Shown here in pieces: positions 1 to 11,968 of a stretch of DNA of 36,148 bases (position 1 is the stretch's first letter; each line of letters starts with the position of its first letter). This stretch comes from Reclinomonas americana ATCC 50394 (Eukaryota): NCBI GenBank assembly GCA_048213135.1, contig PS015290.1, positions 52,846 through 88,993 of the forward strand. Direction: 5' to 3'. The notes under the pieces are model-generated. The model was not told the DNA's origin and did no database searches. It saw only the letters and a list, made by a program, of their open reading frames with translations. The position numbers were made by a program, and so were the translations under genes.

Positions 1-551
1 AACTGGAGGGGCTTACTGGATGGGTGGCCGCGATTGCCGTCACCCCCGATGGTCAGCACATTGTGAGTGGCAGCAGTGACTATACAGTGCGTCTGTGGTC
101 GCTGGCGAGTGGCGAGGAGGTGCGACGAATGGAGGGGCATACTGGCACAGTGTACTCGGTCGCGGTGACTGCCAATGGCCAGCACGTGGTCAGCGGGAGC
201 TGGGACCAGACGGTAAGAGTGTGGTCGCTAGCAAGTGGAGAAGAAGTGCGACGACTGCAGGGGCACGCTCACTGGGTGCACTCTGTCGCCGTCACTCCCT
301 GCGGTCAGCACATCGTGAGCGGCAGTGCGGACGGAACAGTGCGAGTGTGGTCCACGCCGTGCGGCCTCGCTCGGCAGGAGCTTTCCGCTGCTTGCGCGGC
401 CATGCGGGCGGTGCAGGAGATGCAGCGTGAGGGAGAGGAGGAGGTGCCGGATTCACGGTGCTTGCCGGAGATGGTGCTGCGCTGCTTCATTGTCGAGGAG
501 GCGGCGGTTGTCGTTCATCGGCGTGGAGTGGATCCAGAGTCGCGTTTGTGA
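1..551 (+). CDS. WD40-repeat protein, tandem paralogue 1 (5' truncated by the window edge)
   Basis: Three GH...V.SVAVT..GQH(I/V)VSGS.D.TVR(V/L)WS WD40-type repeats, then a C-terminal tail CGLAR...SRCLPEMVLRCFIVEEAAVV.HRRG.DPES. Stop TGA at 549-551. No introns. Confidence 0.9.
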   Translation, partial: LEGLTGWVAAIAVTPDGQHIVSGSSDYTVRLWSLASGEEVRRMEGHTGTVYSVAVTANGQHVVSGSWDQTVRVWSLASGEEVRRLQGHAHWVHSVAVTPCGQHIVSGSADGTVRVWSTPCGLARQELSAACAAMRAVQEMQREGEEEVPDSRCLPEMVLRCFIVEEAAVVVHRRGVDPESRL

Positions 552-976
552 ACAGAGAGAGAGGGGGGGAGGGAAGAAGAGAGAGAAAGGGAGAAGGGAG
601 AGAGAGGTATGAAAGCTTCACGATCACGGATCCGGACCCGGCTTTGCTTTGTTTGACTGCTGGCTATGGCCGTTTCCCGAGATTCGACGTGTCGTGTACG
701 ATCGCAGAGAACGCTATGCGGCTGTGCAAATGCGTCAAGTCCACTGTTCAACCACTCTATATAGATATCGATCGCAGTTCTCGACTTGTAGTGCGAACAC
801 ACTCAGACAAGAAAGCTTGTTGCTGCTGCCCTCAACACTGGTGCTTGTGTTGATGTTTGGTTGGTCATCAAGACACAGCTATACTTGTTGTCGAAGTCGA
901 GAAATGTCCCCAAAAACAAGGACACAATACAAACACACGCACGCACCACTCACCATCGTCTTTGTGCGCATCCACC

Positions 977-2007
977 ATGTCCTCAGTTCCTTGCATTTAT
1001 GCGCGCATGTTCCTGGGGGGTCACACTCAGCATGTGACCTGTATGGCTGTCACTCCCGACGCGCAGCACATTGTGAGCGGAGGGAGGGACAACACCGTGC
1101 GTGTGTGGTCACTGGCAAGTGGAGAAGCAGTACGGCAGTTGGAGGGGCACACTCAGTGTGTGTACTGTGTGGCCATCACTCCCGATAACCAGCGCATTGT
1201 GAGTGGCGGGATGGACAAGACTCTGCGCGTGTGGTCACTGTCGAGTGGAGAAGAANNNNNNNNNNNNNNNNNNNNNNNNNNNNNNNNNNNNNNNNNNNNN
1301 NNNNNNNNNNNNNNNNNNNNNNNNNNNNNNNNNNNNNNNNNNNNNNNNNNNNNNNNNNNNNNNNNNNNNNNNNNNNNNNNNNNNNNNNNNNNNNNNNNNN
1401 NNNNNNNNNNNNNNNNNNNNNNNNNNNNNNNNNNNNNNNNNNNNNNNNNNNNNNNNNNNNNNNNNNNNNNNNNNNNNNNNNNNNNNNNNNNNNNNNNNNN
1501 NNNNNNNNNNNNNNNNNNNNNNNNNNNNNNNNNNNNNNNNNNNNNNNNNNNNNNNNNNNNNNNNNNNNNNNNNNNNNNNNNNNNNNNNNNNNNNNNNNNN
1601 TCGTGAGTGCAAGCGAGGACTGCACTGTGCGTGTGTGGTCACTGGCGAGTGGAGCAGAATTACGAAGGCTGGTCGGTCACCGTGCACGGGTGCGTTCGGC
1701 AGCGGTCTCTCCCGATGGTCGGCATTTCGTGAGCGGGTGCGAGGACAAGTTGGTGCGAGTGTGGACGACACCGTGCGGCCTCGCTCGCGAGGAAGTCGAC
1801 TGTGCACGCGCCACCATGCGAGCGGTGCAGGAGATGCAGCGAGAGAACACAGAGGACGACGAGGAGTTGGATTCGCGGTGCTTGCCAGAGATGGTCCTAC
1901 GTTGCTTCATTGTCGAGGAGGCAGCAGTCGTGCTGCATCGACGTGGACTGGACCCCGAGTCGCTTTTACCAATTGCAGTTCGGCAAAGACCACGTACACT
2001 TCTATAA
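977..2007 (+). CDS. WD40-repeat protein, tandem paralogue 2 (N gap at 1256-1600)
   Basis: ATG at 977 in a ccaccATG context. WD40 repeats lie on both sides of the gap. The C-terminal tail is nearly identical to paralogue 1. The frame offset across the gap is attributable to the estimated gap size. Confidence 0.85.
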
Positions 2008-2210
2008 CCTCTCCGTTCCTCGCACTGCATTCTATCTTTGTTGGGCGCCCAAGAAGATCTAGAGAAGTGTTAAAATGCTTTTACCGATTGCAGTTCGGCA
2101 AAGACCACATACACTGTATGACAAGGGTTGGTCTCGACGATGAAAGGTCCTCTCCGTTCTTCGCACTGCTTTCTATCCTTGTTGGGCGCCCAAGAAGAGA
2201 GAAGTGTAAA
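1962..2210. repeat. Imperfect direct tandem duplication (copies at 1962-2075 and 2077-2210)
   Basis: Both copies contain gcttttacc(a/g)attgcagttcggcaaagaccac(g/a)tacac ... ttgttgggcgcccaagaaga ... agagaagtgt(t)aaaa. Copy 2 has an internal insertion. Confidence 0.85.
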
Positions 2211-2294
2211 ACGCAGTCGAAGTGAAGGTCCTCTTGTCCCTTACCAGTCTTCATTCACATTCGCGTGCGCCCAGAGCGTTTACTCACAGCACTC

Positions 2295-3180
2295 ATGGGT
2301 CGGTGCGTTCTATGCACGCTCACTCATTCATACAAGAGTGGCTTGAGTGAGATAGAGTGTGTGTTGACATGGCCATGTGACACTGGACTCTTACTCTTGT
2401 CTCTCTCTGTGTCTCACACAGCAAGTACACCAACAAGACCAAGCAGGGCAAGATGCTCAATCCCACTGATGCGTTTCGGTGAGTGGCAATGTGTGTGTGA
2501 GAGATAAAGAGAGACAAGTGAGTGAGAGATATGTGCGCCTGAAGACGACTTAGGTGACGACTTAGGCGCCAGAGTGAGTGTGTGTGTGAGAGGAGAGAGA
2601 GAGAGAGAAAGAGAGAGAGTGAGTGAGTGAAGGAGTGAGTGAGTGAGTGAGTGAGTGAGTGAGTGTGTGAGAGTGTGTGTGTGTGTGTGTGTGTGAGTGA
2701 GTGAATGTGAGAGAGAGAGAGAGAGAGAGAGAGTGATTTTGTGCATTGTGACTCAGTGCTTTCCTCACTTCTTNNNNNNNNNNNNNNNNNNNNAGAGAGA
2801 GAGAGAGAGGGACAACTTGACATGATGTGATTGTGAGGAGAGGAGTGAAGAGGAAGCAGGGTTCTGTGGAATGCAGAAGAGAAGAGAGTTGGGTGGCAGG
2901 AACGCGTGGCAAGGAACAGGTGTGCACACTGGAGTCCATTACACTGCATCTCTGTCTCTGTCTCTCTCTTGGCACACGCTCTCAATGGTGTGTGGCCATC
3001 AGCCTTGCACGTTCCGTTGCCAGAGCACGTAAGGCTGGGACTGCAGTTGCAGCTCACATTGGTGTAGACGCCAGTGCACAGACGTCTTGCACGTTCCGTG
3101 GCCAGTGCATGTGGCAGTGGGACTGCAGCTGCAGTTGGCATTAGTGTAGTCGCCAGTGCATCTCTCTTCCTCTTTGTCTA

Positions 3181-3211
<31 letters not shown>

Positions 3212-3513
3212 GCATGTGTGTCTGTCTGCCACTCAGAGGGAGAGAGAGAAGAAGCAGAACGACAAAGAGAAAGAAACGGTGACCGCGAAATAGAAAGAGA
3301 AGGCATGAAAACGAGAGTTGATGCACTCAAGAGGAAGTGTTGCGCATGCGCGTGTGTGTGTGTTTGCATTCCCCACTTCTTCTCTCTATGTCAGCAAACA
3401 GATACCATGTATACATACACGGCTGCCTTTCTTTCTCCTTCTTTCTCTGGTTCTCTTTTGCCTCTTCCTTGTTTCTCCCTCTCGGCCTCGCTGGTTCTCA
3501 TTCTATCTGTCTG

Positions 3514-3548
<35 letters not shown>

Positions 3549-5256
3549 CACTCTCTCTTGCCTTCTCTGTCTGCCTCCCTCTGTGTCACCCTCCACATTT
3601 CCCAAGGTGCTTGCAACGATTGCTTTTCATCTGTTATGAACAGATAGCTGCATTGACTTTCTCATTGTCGCCTTCCCTCCTTCCCTTTCTGCGTTGTGTC
3701 CTCATCTCTTTCCCATTCCTTCCTCTCCCCCCTCGCAGAACGCGACGGTACCCTCGACAAGAAAAACGTACAGAAACTCAAAATCGTCCGCCAGCAAGTG
3801 CAGCAGCTCACCGAAGAAGGCGTGGTGCAACCGTTGCGTCCCGCCCCCCCCCCCCCCATCTCCTTCTATTCCTCCACCCTGTATCCTACTCACCCCACTC
3901 AACACAGTGGCGCAGCCGGTCGCGCACCTTCAGTGGCTGGTCCTCGTCCGGCCACTGCTGGTGCACCGCAACCGCCACTGGGTGCGCAGCAACCCCCGAT
4001 GCCTGCCGGCCCTCCACCTATTCCCCCACACTTGTATCCGCGACCCACCGATTCCGTGTATTACCACCCGGTCTCCAATCCATTTGGTATGCCACCGGCG
4101 GGCATGCCGCAGCGGTACCACCCTCCGTCGGCCACGGTAATGCAGATTGCCGCAGCACAAATGCTTCAGCAGCAGCAGCAACAGCAGCAAATGATGATGG
4201 GTGAAGGGTTCCAGCCTCCACTACCGCCGGGCCCGCCACCCACACGAGTTGCGTCGCGGGTCTTCTCGCTTGTCTTCTGCCTCCGTTGCACTCATCGATC
4301 CTGCGCAGATGGATGGCGCTGGCGGTGACGACGACGACGACGATGACGAAGACGTGGAGGATCACGGCATCGGTGGTGATGATGATGATGATGACGACGA
4401 CGACAGCGAAGGCGACGACGAGGAGGATGGCGACGGCGGAGATGATGGCATGGGCGGTGGTGGTGCACCAGACAGTGATGGCGACGGCGGTAGTGACGAT
4501 GACGACGACGAGTTGGACTTGTCGGCGATTCCGATTCCCGATGAGTTCCTGGAGGGCACGGTGTGTCTATCCTTCCCTATCTTTCCTCAAGCTTTCACCT
4601 TGCTCACTCGTGGGTTTTCTCTCCTTCACAACAGTCTGCGGCTCGGCCACCACCACCACCACCACCACAGCCGCCTCGTCCGTACATGCCAGCTGGTGTA
4701 CCACAACCGCCACTGCCGCCAGGCGCATCGCCGATGATGATGATGATGGCACACCCCCACGCGCATCCACCTCACCATCACCTCCAGCACCAGCCGCCGT
4801 TGCCGCCAGGCCCACCACCAGCCGGTCTTCTGCGCCCTCCCATGCCTGCTGGAGGTGGACCACCACCACCTCCCCAGCAACAGCAGCCAGGGATGATGAT
4901 GCGACAGCCTCCGCTTCCTCCCGGACCCATTCCACCGCACCTGCAGCCGGCTGGTATGCCGTACGGCATGCCGCCAGGGCCCATGATGATGATGGGAGCT
5001 CGTCCTCCGCCGGCTCAGCCACCGCTTCCTCCCATGCCACCACCAGCGCACTTGATTGAGGAGCAGCGCAGAAAGGAGGCGCTGGAGGCCGGACGTGTGG
5101 TCACCAAGACGCAGGTCGTGGCCGCGCCGACCATGAACGAGTTCACCGCCAAGCTCAAGCAGCAGCAGGGCAAGTTGCTGGCCGGCACGCAGATTATTCC
5201 GTCGACGGCGTCGGCGGCGGGGTCCACGAAGGCGGCGTCGTTGCCGTCCGCGGCAG
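2295..5256 (+). CDS. WBP11: WW domain-binding protein 11 (WBP11/SIPP1/plant ELF5-like) splicing factor, multi-exon and incomplete
   Basis: Exons 2295-2302 and 2422-2478 give MGRKYTNKTKQGKMLNPTDAFR, the WBP11 N-terminal GK.(M/L)NPTD..R motif. Exon 3739-4247 has GTLDKK and DSVYYHPVSNPFGMPP, which resembles the ELF5 DSVYYHPTLNPTGAPP motif as I recall it. Exon 4309-4560 is acidic and exon 4635-5256 is Pro-rich. One internal exon and the 3' end were not found and probably lie in the gaps. Confidence 0.85.
2990..3160 (-). pseudogene. Fragment of two EGF/tenascin-like Cys-rich repeats, antisense inside a WBP11 intron
   Basis: CTGDYTNANCSCSPTATCTGHGTCK and CTGVYTNVSCNCSPSLTCSGNGTCKADG lie in different frames and are flanked by (GA)n tracts. 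Confidence 0.55.
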
Positions 5257-5958
5257 GTAAGCGGGATGAGGGGAAGGGAAAGGGGAAGAGAGAACAACTT
5301 GGGGAGTTAGGGAAAGCTTGGAGAGAATGTGCTTGACTGTTGTGCTCAAATTTCATCATGTTCTCAAGTTTTTCTTCCTCATGCTTCTTCCGTTCGTCAT
5401 CGCAGACATGGTTTTTTCTTTCTTCATCGCCCTCCCTGTCCGTTTTGCTTCTTCCTCTCTTTCTTCTCCTTCTTTTTCCTGTCTTCTTCTTCTTCGTTCT
5501 CTCCTCCTCTTCTGTCATTTTACCTTTTCCTTATCTCTTTCTTTCTTTGCCTTCTCCTCCCCTCTTCTTCTTTCTTCTTTCTTTCATCTTTTTTGTTCTT
5601 CATCTCCTCGCTGTCCTTCTTCTTCTCTTTCTCTCTAACACTTGTTCTGCCTTCGTCTGTCGTTAATTGCCTTCCCTCATCCGTTCTCTCGGACTTCTCT
5701 TGTGTCTCGCTTGTGTCCCTCCGTTGTTCTCTCTCCTTTCGCCCCCATTCTGTCTTCCCCCTTGTCTTCCCCCTTGTCTTCCCCTCATGCTCTTCCTNNN
5801 NNNNNNNNNNNNNNNNNAGGTAAAAATGAAGAATGAGGAGAGATATTTATGATATCTTGCCTGATTGGTCATGATTGTGACGGTCGGCGAAGTGCACATC
5901 ACCAATTGTCGGACACTGACTTTCGAGGCACGCGACGAGAGAAGACCACCTCCAGTGA

Positions 5959-8900
5959 ATGACAGAGTTGCGTGCGCGCACACACACTCTCCTTCTCCCT
6001 CCTTCTCCCTCTCCACTCACTCTTCTCTCTCTATACACAGAGCACGGGACACTCTTGTCACGCTCCTCGGCAGTGACTCATCGCGCTCACTTCCGCGAAT
6101 CTCCGAGCTGCTGCACGCGAACCCTGCACTGCTCACTGCCACTCTCCACAAGGGCCGCCACCAGACGCTGCTGCACCTGCTCGCACGCCACGCACGCGTC
6201 GATGTGTGGACGCACGTGGTCCGCCCAATGCTCCTCGCGCACTCGCTCGCTCGCCAGCTCTGTGCGCCACCGATGTGCACGGACTGACTCCGATGCATGT
6301 GGCGGCACGATACGGGCGCGCGGACGATGCCGGCGTGGTGGCAATGCTGCAGGAGATGGTGGACATGTGTCCGGAGGTACTGCGTGTTCGGGGTCCGACT
6401 GCGGCCGAGTATGCGCGCGTTCGCGGCAATCGGCGCATGGGAGCTGTGCTGGAGGCGATGGTGCCGCAGCAGGACGAGGGCGATGGGCAGGAGTCGCCGC
6501 CAGAATTCAAGGTCGAATTGATGGAGACGGCGAGCCGAAGGGGAGGTGAGTGGTGGGAGAAGGTGGCTGCATGAAGGCGTGCGAGGCCCTCACCTCCTTC
6601 AGCAGTTGCGGCCAGTCGGTATTCGCGGCACAGTCCTGAGTGGAAGGCGGCGAACACGGTGCAGGGGCGAGTGGCGCAACTGGAGCGCGAGGTGGCGGAG
6701 CTGCGGGCGGAACGAGGTGCGAAGAGAGATTGAGGGGAGGGTGGAGGCAACGGGTGACTGACCGCGTGCTGCAGATACGCTGCTGGACGATCGTCTGCGG
6801 GAGCTCAAGGTGGCGACCGACACGACCATGAGGCTGACGGAGAGTCAGCGGGAGGTGGAGACACTGAAGGTGTGTGGACTGCACAACAACTCCAGCTGTT
6901 TGTTATTTTCTCACCTCTTGTGCAGAAATCGATGGAGCGGCTGGAACGCCAGAACCAGCGACTGCAAGACAAGCTGAGAAAGTGTGCCAGTGAGACAGGT
7001 AAACACGTACTGCGCGGGTGCGGCACGACTAAATTCGGCACGTGACTTACCGCGAGTGCACACAGTGAACCGTGATGCCTTGCTGCACACGCTGTGGCGC
7101 GAGGTGCAGTTCTACGAACAAGAAATGGCTCCACTACTGGCCCCCGATGGTGAGCACGCCACTGCTGCAGCAGGCTATATACAGAAGACTCACTCGGCAA
7201 GCAGAGAGCGACGAGGAAACTCGCCGAGTGTGTCAATTGCTGCAAGAGCAAATTCGCGAGGCACTTGGACGCGCTCCGGAAGAGCCGTTCGTGCCAACAA
7301 CCGTGCCGTTGCCAGATGCACTCGAAGAGAAGGACGACGACGAGAAGGAGCAGGAGGAGAAGGAGAACGAGGAGCCAGCAGTGGAGCGCGTGGACCACCT
7401 GCTGAAAGAGTGCCGACAGCTGGGACCGGCTGCGCGAAAACGCATGAAGCAGGCCGTGGAGAGGAAGAACAAGAAGGAGGAGGAGGGGGAGGGGGAGCAG
7501 GTGGAGGGGCGAGCGGCGGAGGCCATGCGGATGATGCGCAACGAGGCCAGGGTGGTCGCCGAGAGAGTTGCGTCGAGGAAAAGGGAAAAGGGGGAAAGGG
7601 GGAATGGAATGGGAGAAGGAGAAGGGGGGAGAAGGGGGCACAGAGAACCGGGGTATGGAAAGGGGACGGGAAAAGCCGACGGTTGAAACGAAGAAGGAAG
7701 CGAAGGGGAAGGTGCAGAAGGAAAGGGAAGACACGGAAAAGCAACAGGGAGAAAACGAAGAGGCAACGGAAGAGAAATGGGGCAAGGAAATGGGGACAGA
7801 AAAGGGGGCAGGAATGGAAAGTGAAAAGAGATCAAGGAAGGAGGCATGGAGAAAGGAGGGGACGGGAAACGAACAAGGAAGAGAAGAGGACGGGAAAATG
7901 AGGAAGGAATAGAATGGGGGAGGGATAGATGAAACGGTCAGGGAGGGGGCATCACTGACAACAGCCTCTCACTCTCCTCGTCGCTCTACCATTCATTCCC
8001 CACCACACAGCTCACCGCCCAGCGTCGTGCCCTCCTGCAAGTTACGCAAGCCGACAGTGAGCTGGCCACGCAGCTGAGCGCCGCCGATCAGGCCCACGAG
8101 GCGGNNNNNNNNNNNNNNNNNNNNNNNNNNNNNNNNNNNNNNNNNNNNNNNNNNNNNNNNNNNNNNNNNNNNNNNNNNNNNNNNNNNNNNNNNNNNNNNN
8201 NNNNNNNNNNNNNNNNNNNNNNNNNNNNNNNNNNNNNNNNNNNNNNNNNNNNNNNNNNNNNNNNNNNNNNNNNNNNNNNNNNNNNNNNNNNNNNNNNNNN
8301 NNNNNNNNNNNNNNNNNNNNNNNNNNNNNNNNNNNNNNNNNNNNNNNNNNNNNNNNNNNNNNNNNNNNNNNNNNNNNNNNNNNNNNNNNNNNNNNNNNNN
8401 NNNNNNNNNNNNNNNNNNNNNNNNNNNNNNNNNNNNNNNNNNNNNNNNNNNNNNNNNNNNNNNNNNNNNNNNNNNNNNNNNNNNNNNNNNNNNNNNNNNN
8501 NNNNNNNNNNNNNNNNNNNNNNNNNNNNNNNNNNNNNNNNNNNNNNNNNNNNNNNNNNNNNNNNNNNNNNNNNNNNNNNNNNNNNNNNNNNNNNNNNNNN
8601 NNNNNNNNNNNNNNNNNNNNNNNNNNNNNNNNNNNNNNNNNNNNNNNNNNNNNNNNNNNNNNNNNNNNNNNNNNNNNNNNNNNNNNNNNNNNNNNNNNNN
8701 NNNNNNNNNNNNNNNNNNNNNNNNNNNNNNNNNNNNNNNNNNNNNNNNNNNNNNNNNNNNNNNNNNNNNNNNNNNNNNNNNNNNNNNNNNNNNNNNNNNN
8801 NNNNNNNNNNNNNNNNNNNNNNNNNNNNNNNNNNNNNNNNNNNNNNNNNNNNNNNNNNNNNNNNNNNNNNNNNNNNNNNNNNNNNNNNNNNNNNNNNNNN

Positions 8901-11900
8901 NNNNNNNNNNNNNNNNNNNNNNNNNNNNNNNNNNNNCCAGCAACACGGCGGAGCGCGACCCGCCACAGCTGGCCGCTGTGCAGGCGACGCTGCGATTTGC
9001 CGCCGCCGCAGAGCACGCCAGGCTGACGATGGAGCCTGAGCGGTTGCTGGCGTGTGGCGACAGCGGCGAGTGGGAGGCACTGAGTGACGCTTGTCGGTAT
9101 GAGGTGGATGTGAGTCGCCGGCGCGCCAGAGACCTGGAGGAGCAGTGTCGGAGGGCGCGCCAGTTGGTTCGGCAGTTGGTGGAGGATGCCAGGGCGGAGA
9201 GGGAGGATCTCGTGAGGAGGTTGAGGAGGAATGCAGGTGCNNNNNNNNNNNNNNNNNNNNNNNNNNNNNNNNNNNNNNNNNNNNNNNNNNNNNNNNNNNN
9301 NNNNNNNNNNNNNNNNNNNNNNNNNNNNNNNNNNNNNNNNNNNNNNNNNNNNNNNNNNNNNNNNNNNNNNNNNNNNNNNNNNNNNNNNNNNNNNNNNNNN
9401 NNNNNNNNNNNNNNNNNNNNNNNNNNNNNNNNNNNNNNNNNNNNNNNNNNNNNNNNNNNNNNNNNNNNNNNNNNNNNNNNNNNNNNNNNNNNNNNNNNNN
9501 NNNNNNNNNNNNNNNNNNNNNNNNNNNNNNNNNNNNNNNNNNNNNNNNNNNNNNNNNNNNNNNNNNNNNNNNNNNNNNNNNNNNNNNNNNNNNNNNNNNN
9601 NNNNNNNNNNNNNNNNNNNNNNNNNNNNNNNNNNNNNNNNNNNNNNNNNNNNNNNNNNNNNNNNNNNNNNNNNNNNNNNNNNNNNNNNNNNNNNNNNNNN
9701 NNNNNNNNNNNNNNNNNNNNNNNNNNNNNNNNNNNNNNNNNNNNNNNNNNNNNNNNNNNNNNNNNNNNNNNNNNNNNNNNNNNNNNNNNNNNNNNNNNNN
9801 NNNNNNNNNNNNNNNNNNNNNNNNNNNNNNNNNNNNNNNNNNNNNNNNNNNNNNNNNNNNNNNNNNNNNNNNNNNNNNNNNNNNNNNNNNNNNNNNNNNN
9901 NNNNNNNNNNNNNNNNNNNNNNNNNNNNNNNNNNNNNNNNNNNNNNNNNNNNNNNNNNNNNNNNNNNNNNNGGGGGCAAGGGAAAGGGAAAGAGGAGGGG
10001 GAGTTGGAGAAAAGAAGGAGGGTGAGGGAGAGAAAAGCAAGAGAGAAAAGTGCTTGACAAGAAATGACATGGAGACAAGAAAACATGCAAGAGAAATTGC
10101 GGAAAAGGAGAAAAAGCGAGAGAGGAAGAAAGAAAGAACAAAGATTGTGACTGGAATGCCAGAGAGAAAACAGGGATTGCAGGTAGCACGGCAGGAAAGG
10201 GAGAAGCAAGGATACAGATACGACAGAACGAGGAAGTGCATCAAGACAACTGTCGCTTGTTTGTTGGTGAATGAAATGTTGTTGAAGTAAGATTAGTTGG
10301 TGACAGGAACAGATGAAGAAAAGTGAGACACAGAAAGAACAGATGTGGAGACAACAAGAAGAGGAAGGTGAAGATGACATAATGCAGAGAGGGGAAACGA
10401 AGAGGATGATGGGAGAGAACGAGACGCAAACGCGCGACAACGAATACCTGCGAGGAGACCAAGATGATCGTGAGGAGAGAGAGAGAGAGAGAGAGAGGCA
10501 CGACCAGACAACACTGAGAAGAGAAGTCCTGACACCCTCTTCCCCTCCCATCACCGCAGCGGTGCACGAGCTCCTCCAACAAGAGTCGTGGAACCTCCGC
10601 CTCGCGCGACGACAGTACGGACAAGCCGCCACGCAGCTCCGCACACGCGCCGACAAGATCGAGCGCGTGGTGCTGCCGGCCGCCGAGTGGTTCCGCGAGA
10701 CCACGGCACGCCTGCNNNNNNNNNNNNNNNNNNNNNNNNNNNNNNNNNNNNNNNNNNNNNNNNNNNNNNNNNNNNNNNNNNNNNNNNNNNNNNNNNNNNN
10801 NNNNNNNNNNNNNNNNNNNNNNNNNNNNNNNNNNNNNNNNNNNNNNNNNNNNNNNNNNNNNNNNNNNNNNNNNNNNNNNNNNNNNNNNNNNNNNNNNNNN
10901 NNNNNNNNNNNNNNNNNNNNNNNNNNNNNNNNNNNNNNNNNNNNNNNNNNNNNNNNNNNNNNNNNNNNNNNNNNNNNNNNNNNNNNNNNNNNNNNNNNNN
11001 NNNNNNNNNNNNNNNNNNNNNNNNNNNNNNNNNNNNNNNNNNNNNNNNNNNNNNNNNNNNNNNNNNNNNNNNNNNNNNNNNNNNNNNNNNNNNNNNNNNN
11101 NNNNNNNNNNNNNNNNNNNNNNNNNNNNNNACCGCGAGAGCCAGCACGTCGCCACGCAGTGGTGGCACGACAACATGCACGAGGGGCAGCGTGTGCGCGA
11201 GGCCGTGCAGGTGGCGTGGGAGCGTGCGCTGCGCGAGATATCGACGCGCACCCGCCGCTACCTGGTGTTCCGTCGGCGTGCCGCCATGCTCGAGGTCGAG
11301 TGCGAGGAGTTGCAGCTGGCCGGCCTGCAGGCGGATCGGCGCATGCGCGTGCAAGAGCTGGAGACGGTGCGACAGCAAATGTACGAGGCGGCGAGCGACG
11401 TGCGGGAATGGGATCGGCTGCTGGTGGAGCTCGGGGCGTGTCTCGGCAAGGATGAGGAGACGGCGCGGGGGGAGGGCATGGCCGTGCGCAGTCACATTGT
11501 GCAGGTGCAGTTCTGCAGTGCGGCGGGGAGGCCACCGGCGGAGGTCATGGGGGATTGTAAGTGGCAANNNNNNNNNNNNNNNNNNNNNNNNNNNNNNNNN
11601 NNNNNNNNNNNNNNNNNNNNNNNNNNNNNNNNNNNNNNNNNNNNNNNNNNNNNNNNNNNNNNNNNNNNNNNNNNNNNNNNNNNNNNNNNNNNNNNNNNNN
11701 NNNNNNNNNNNNNNNNNNNNNNNNNNNNNNNNNNNNNNNNNNNNNNNNNNNNNNNNNNNNNNNNNNNNNNNNNNNNNNNNNNNNNNNNNNNNNNNNNNNN
11801 NNNNNNNNNNNNNNNNNNNNNNNNNNNNNNNNNNNNNNNNNNNNNNNNNNNNNNNNNNNNNNNNNNNNNCGGGGATGAAAGGGGGATGAAAGGGGAAGGG

Positions 11901-11916
11901 GTAAAAGGGGAAGGAA

Positions 11917-11968
<52 letters not shown>

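Noticed and set aside
2545-2570. Two TTAGG motifs suggesting telomeric repeats
   Set aside because: This is only a 12-bp local duplication (gacgacttagg twice) inside an intron.
3237-3340. Candidate missing WBP11 exon (EGMKTRVDALKRK)
   Set aside because: No acceptor and donor pair in the required phase; the resemblance may come from GA-rich composition.
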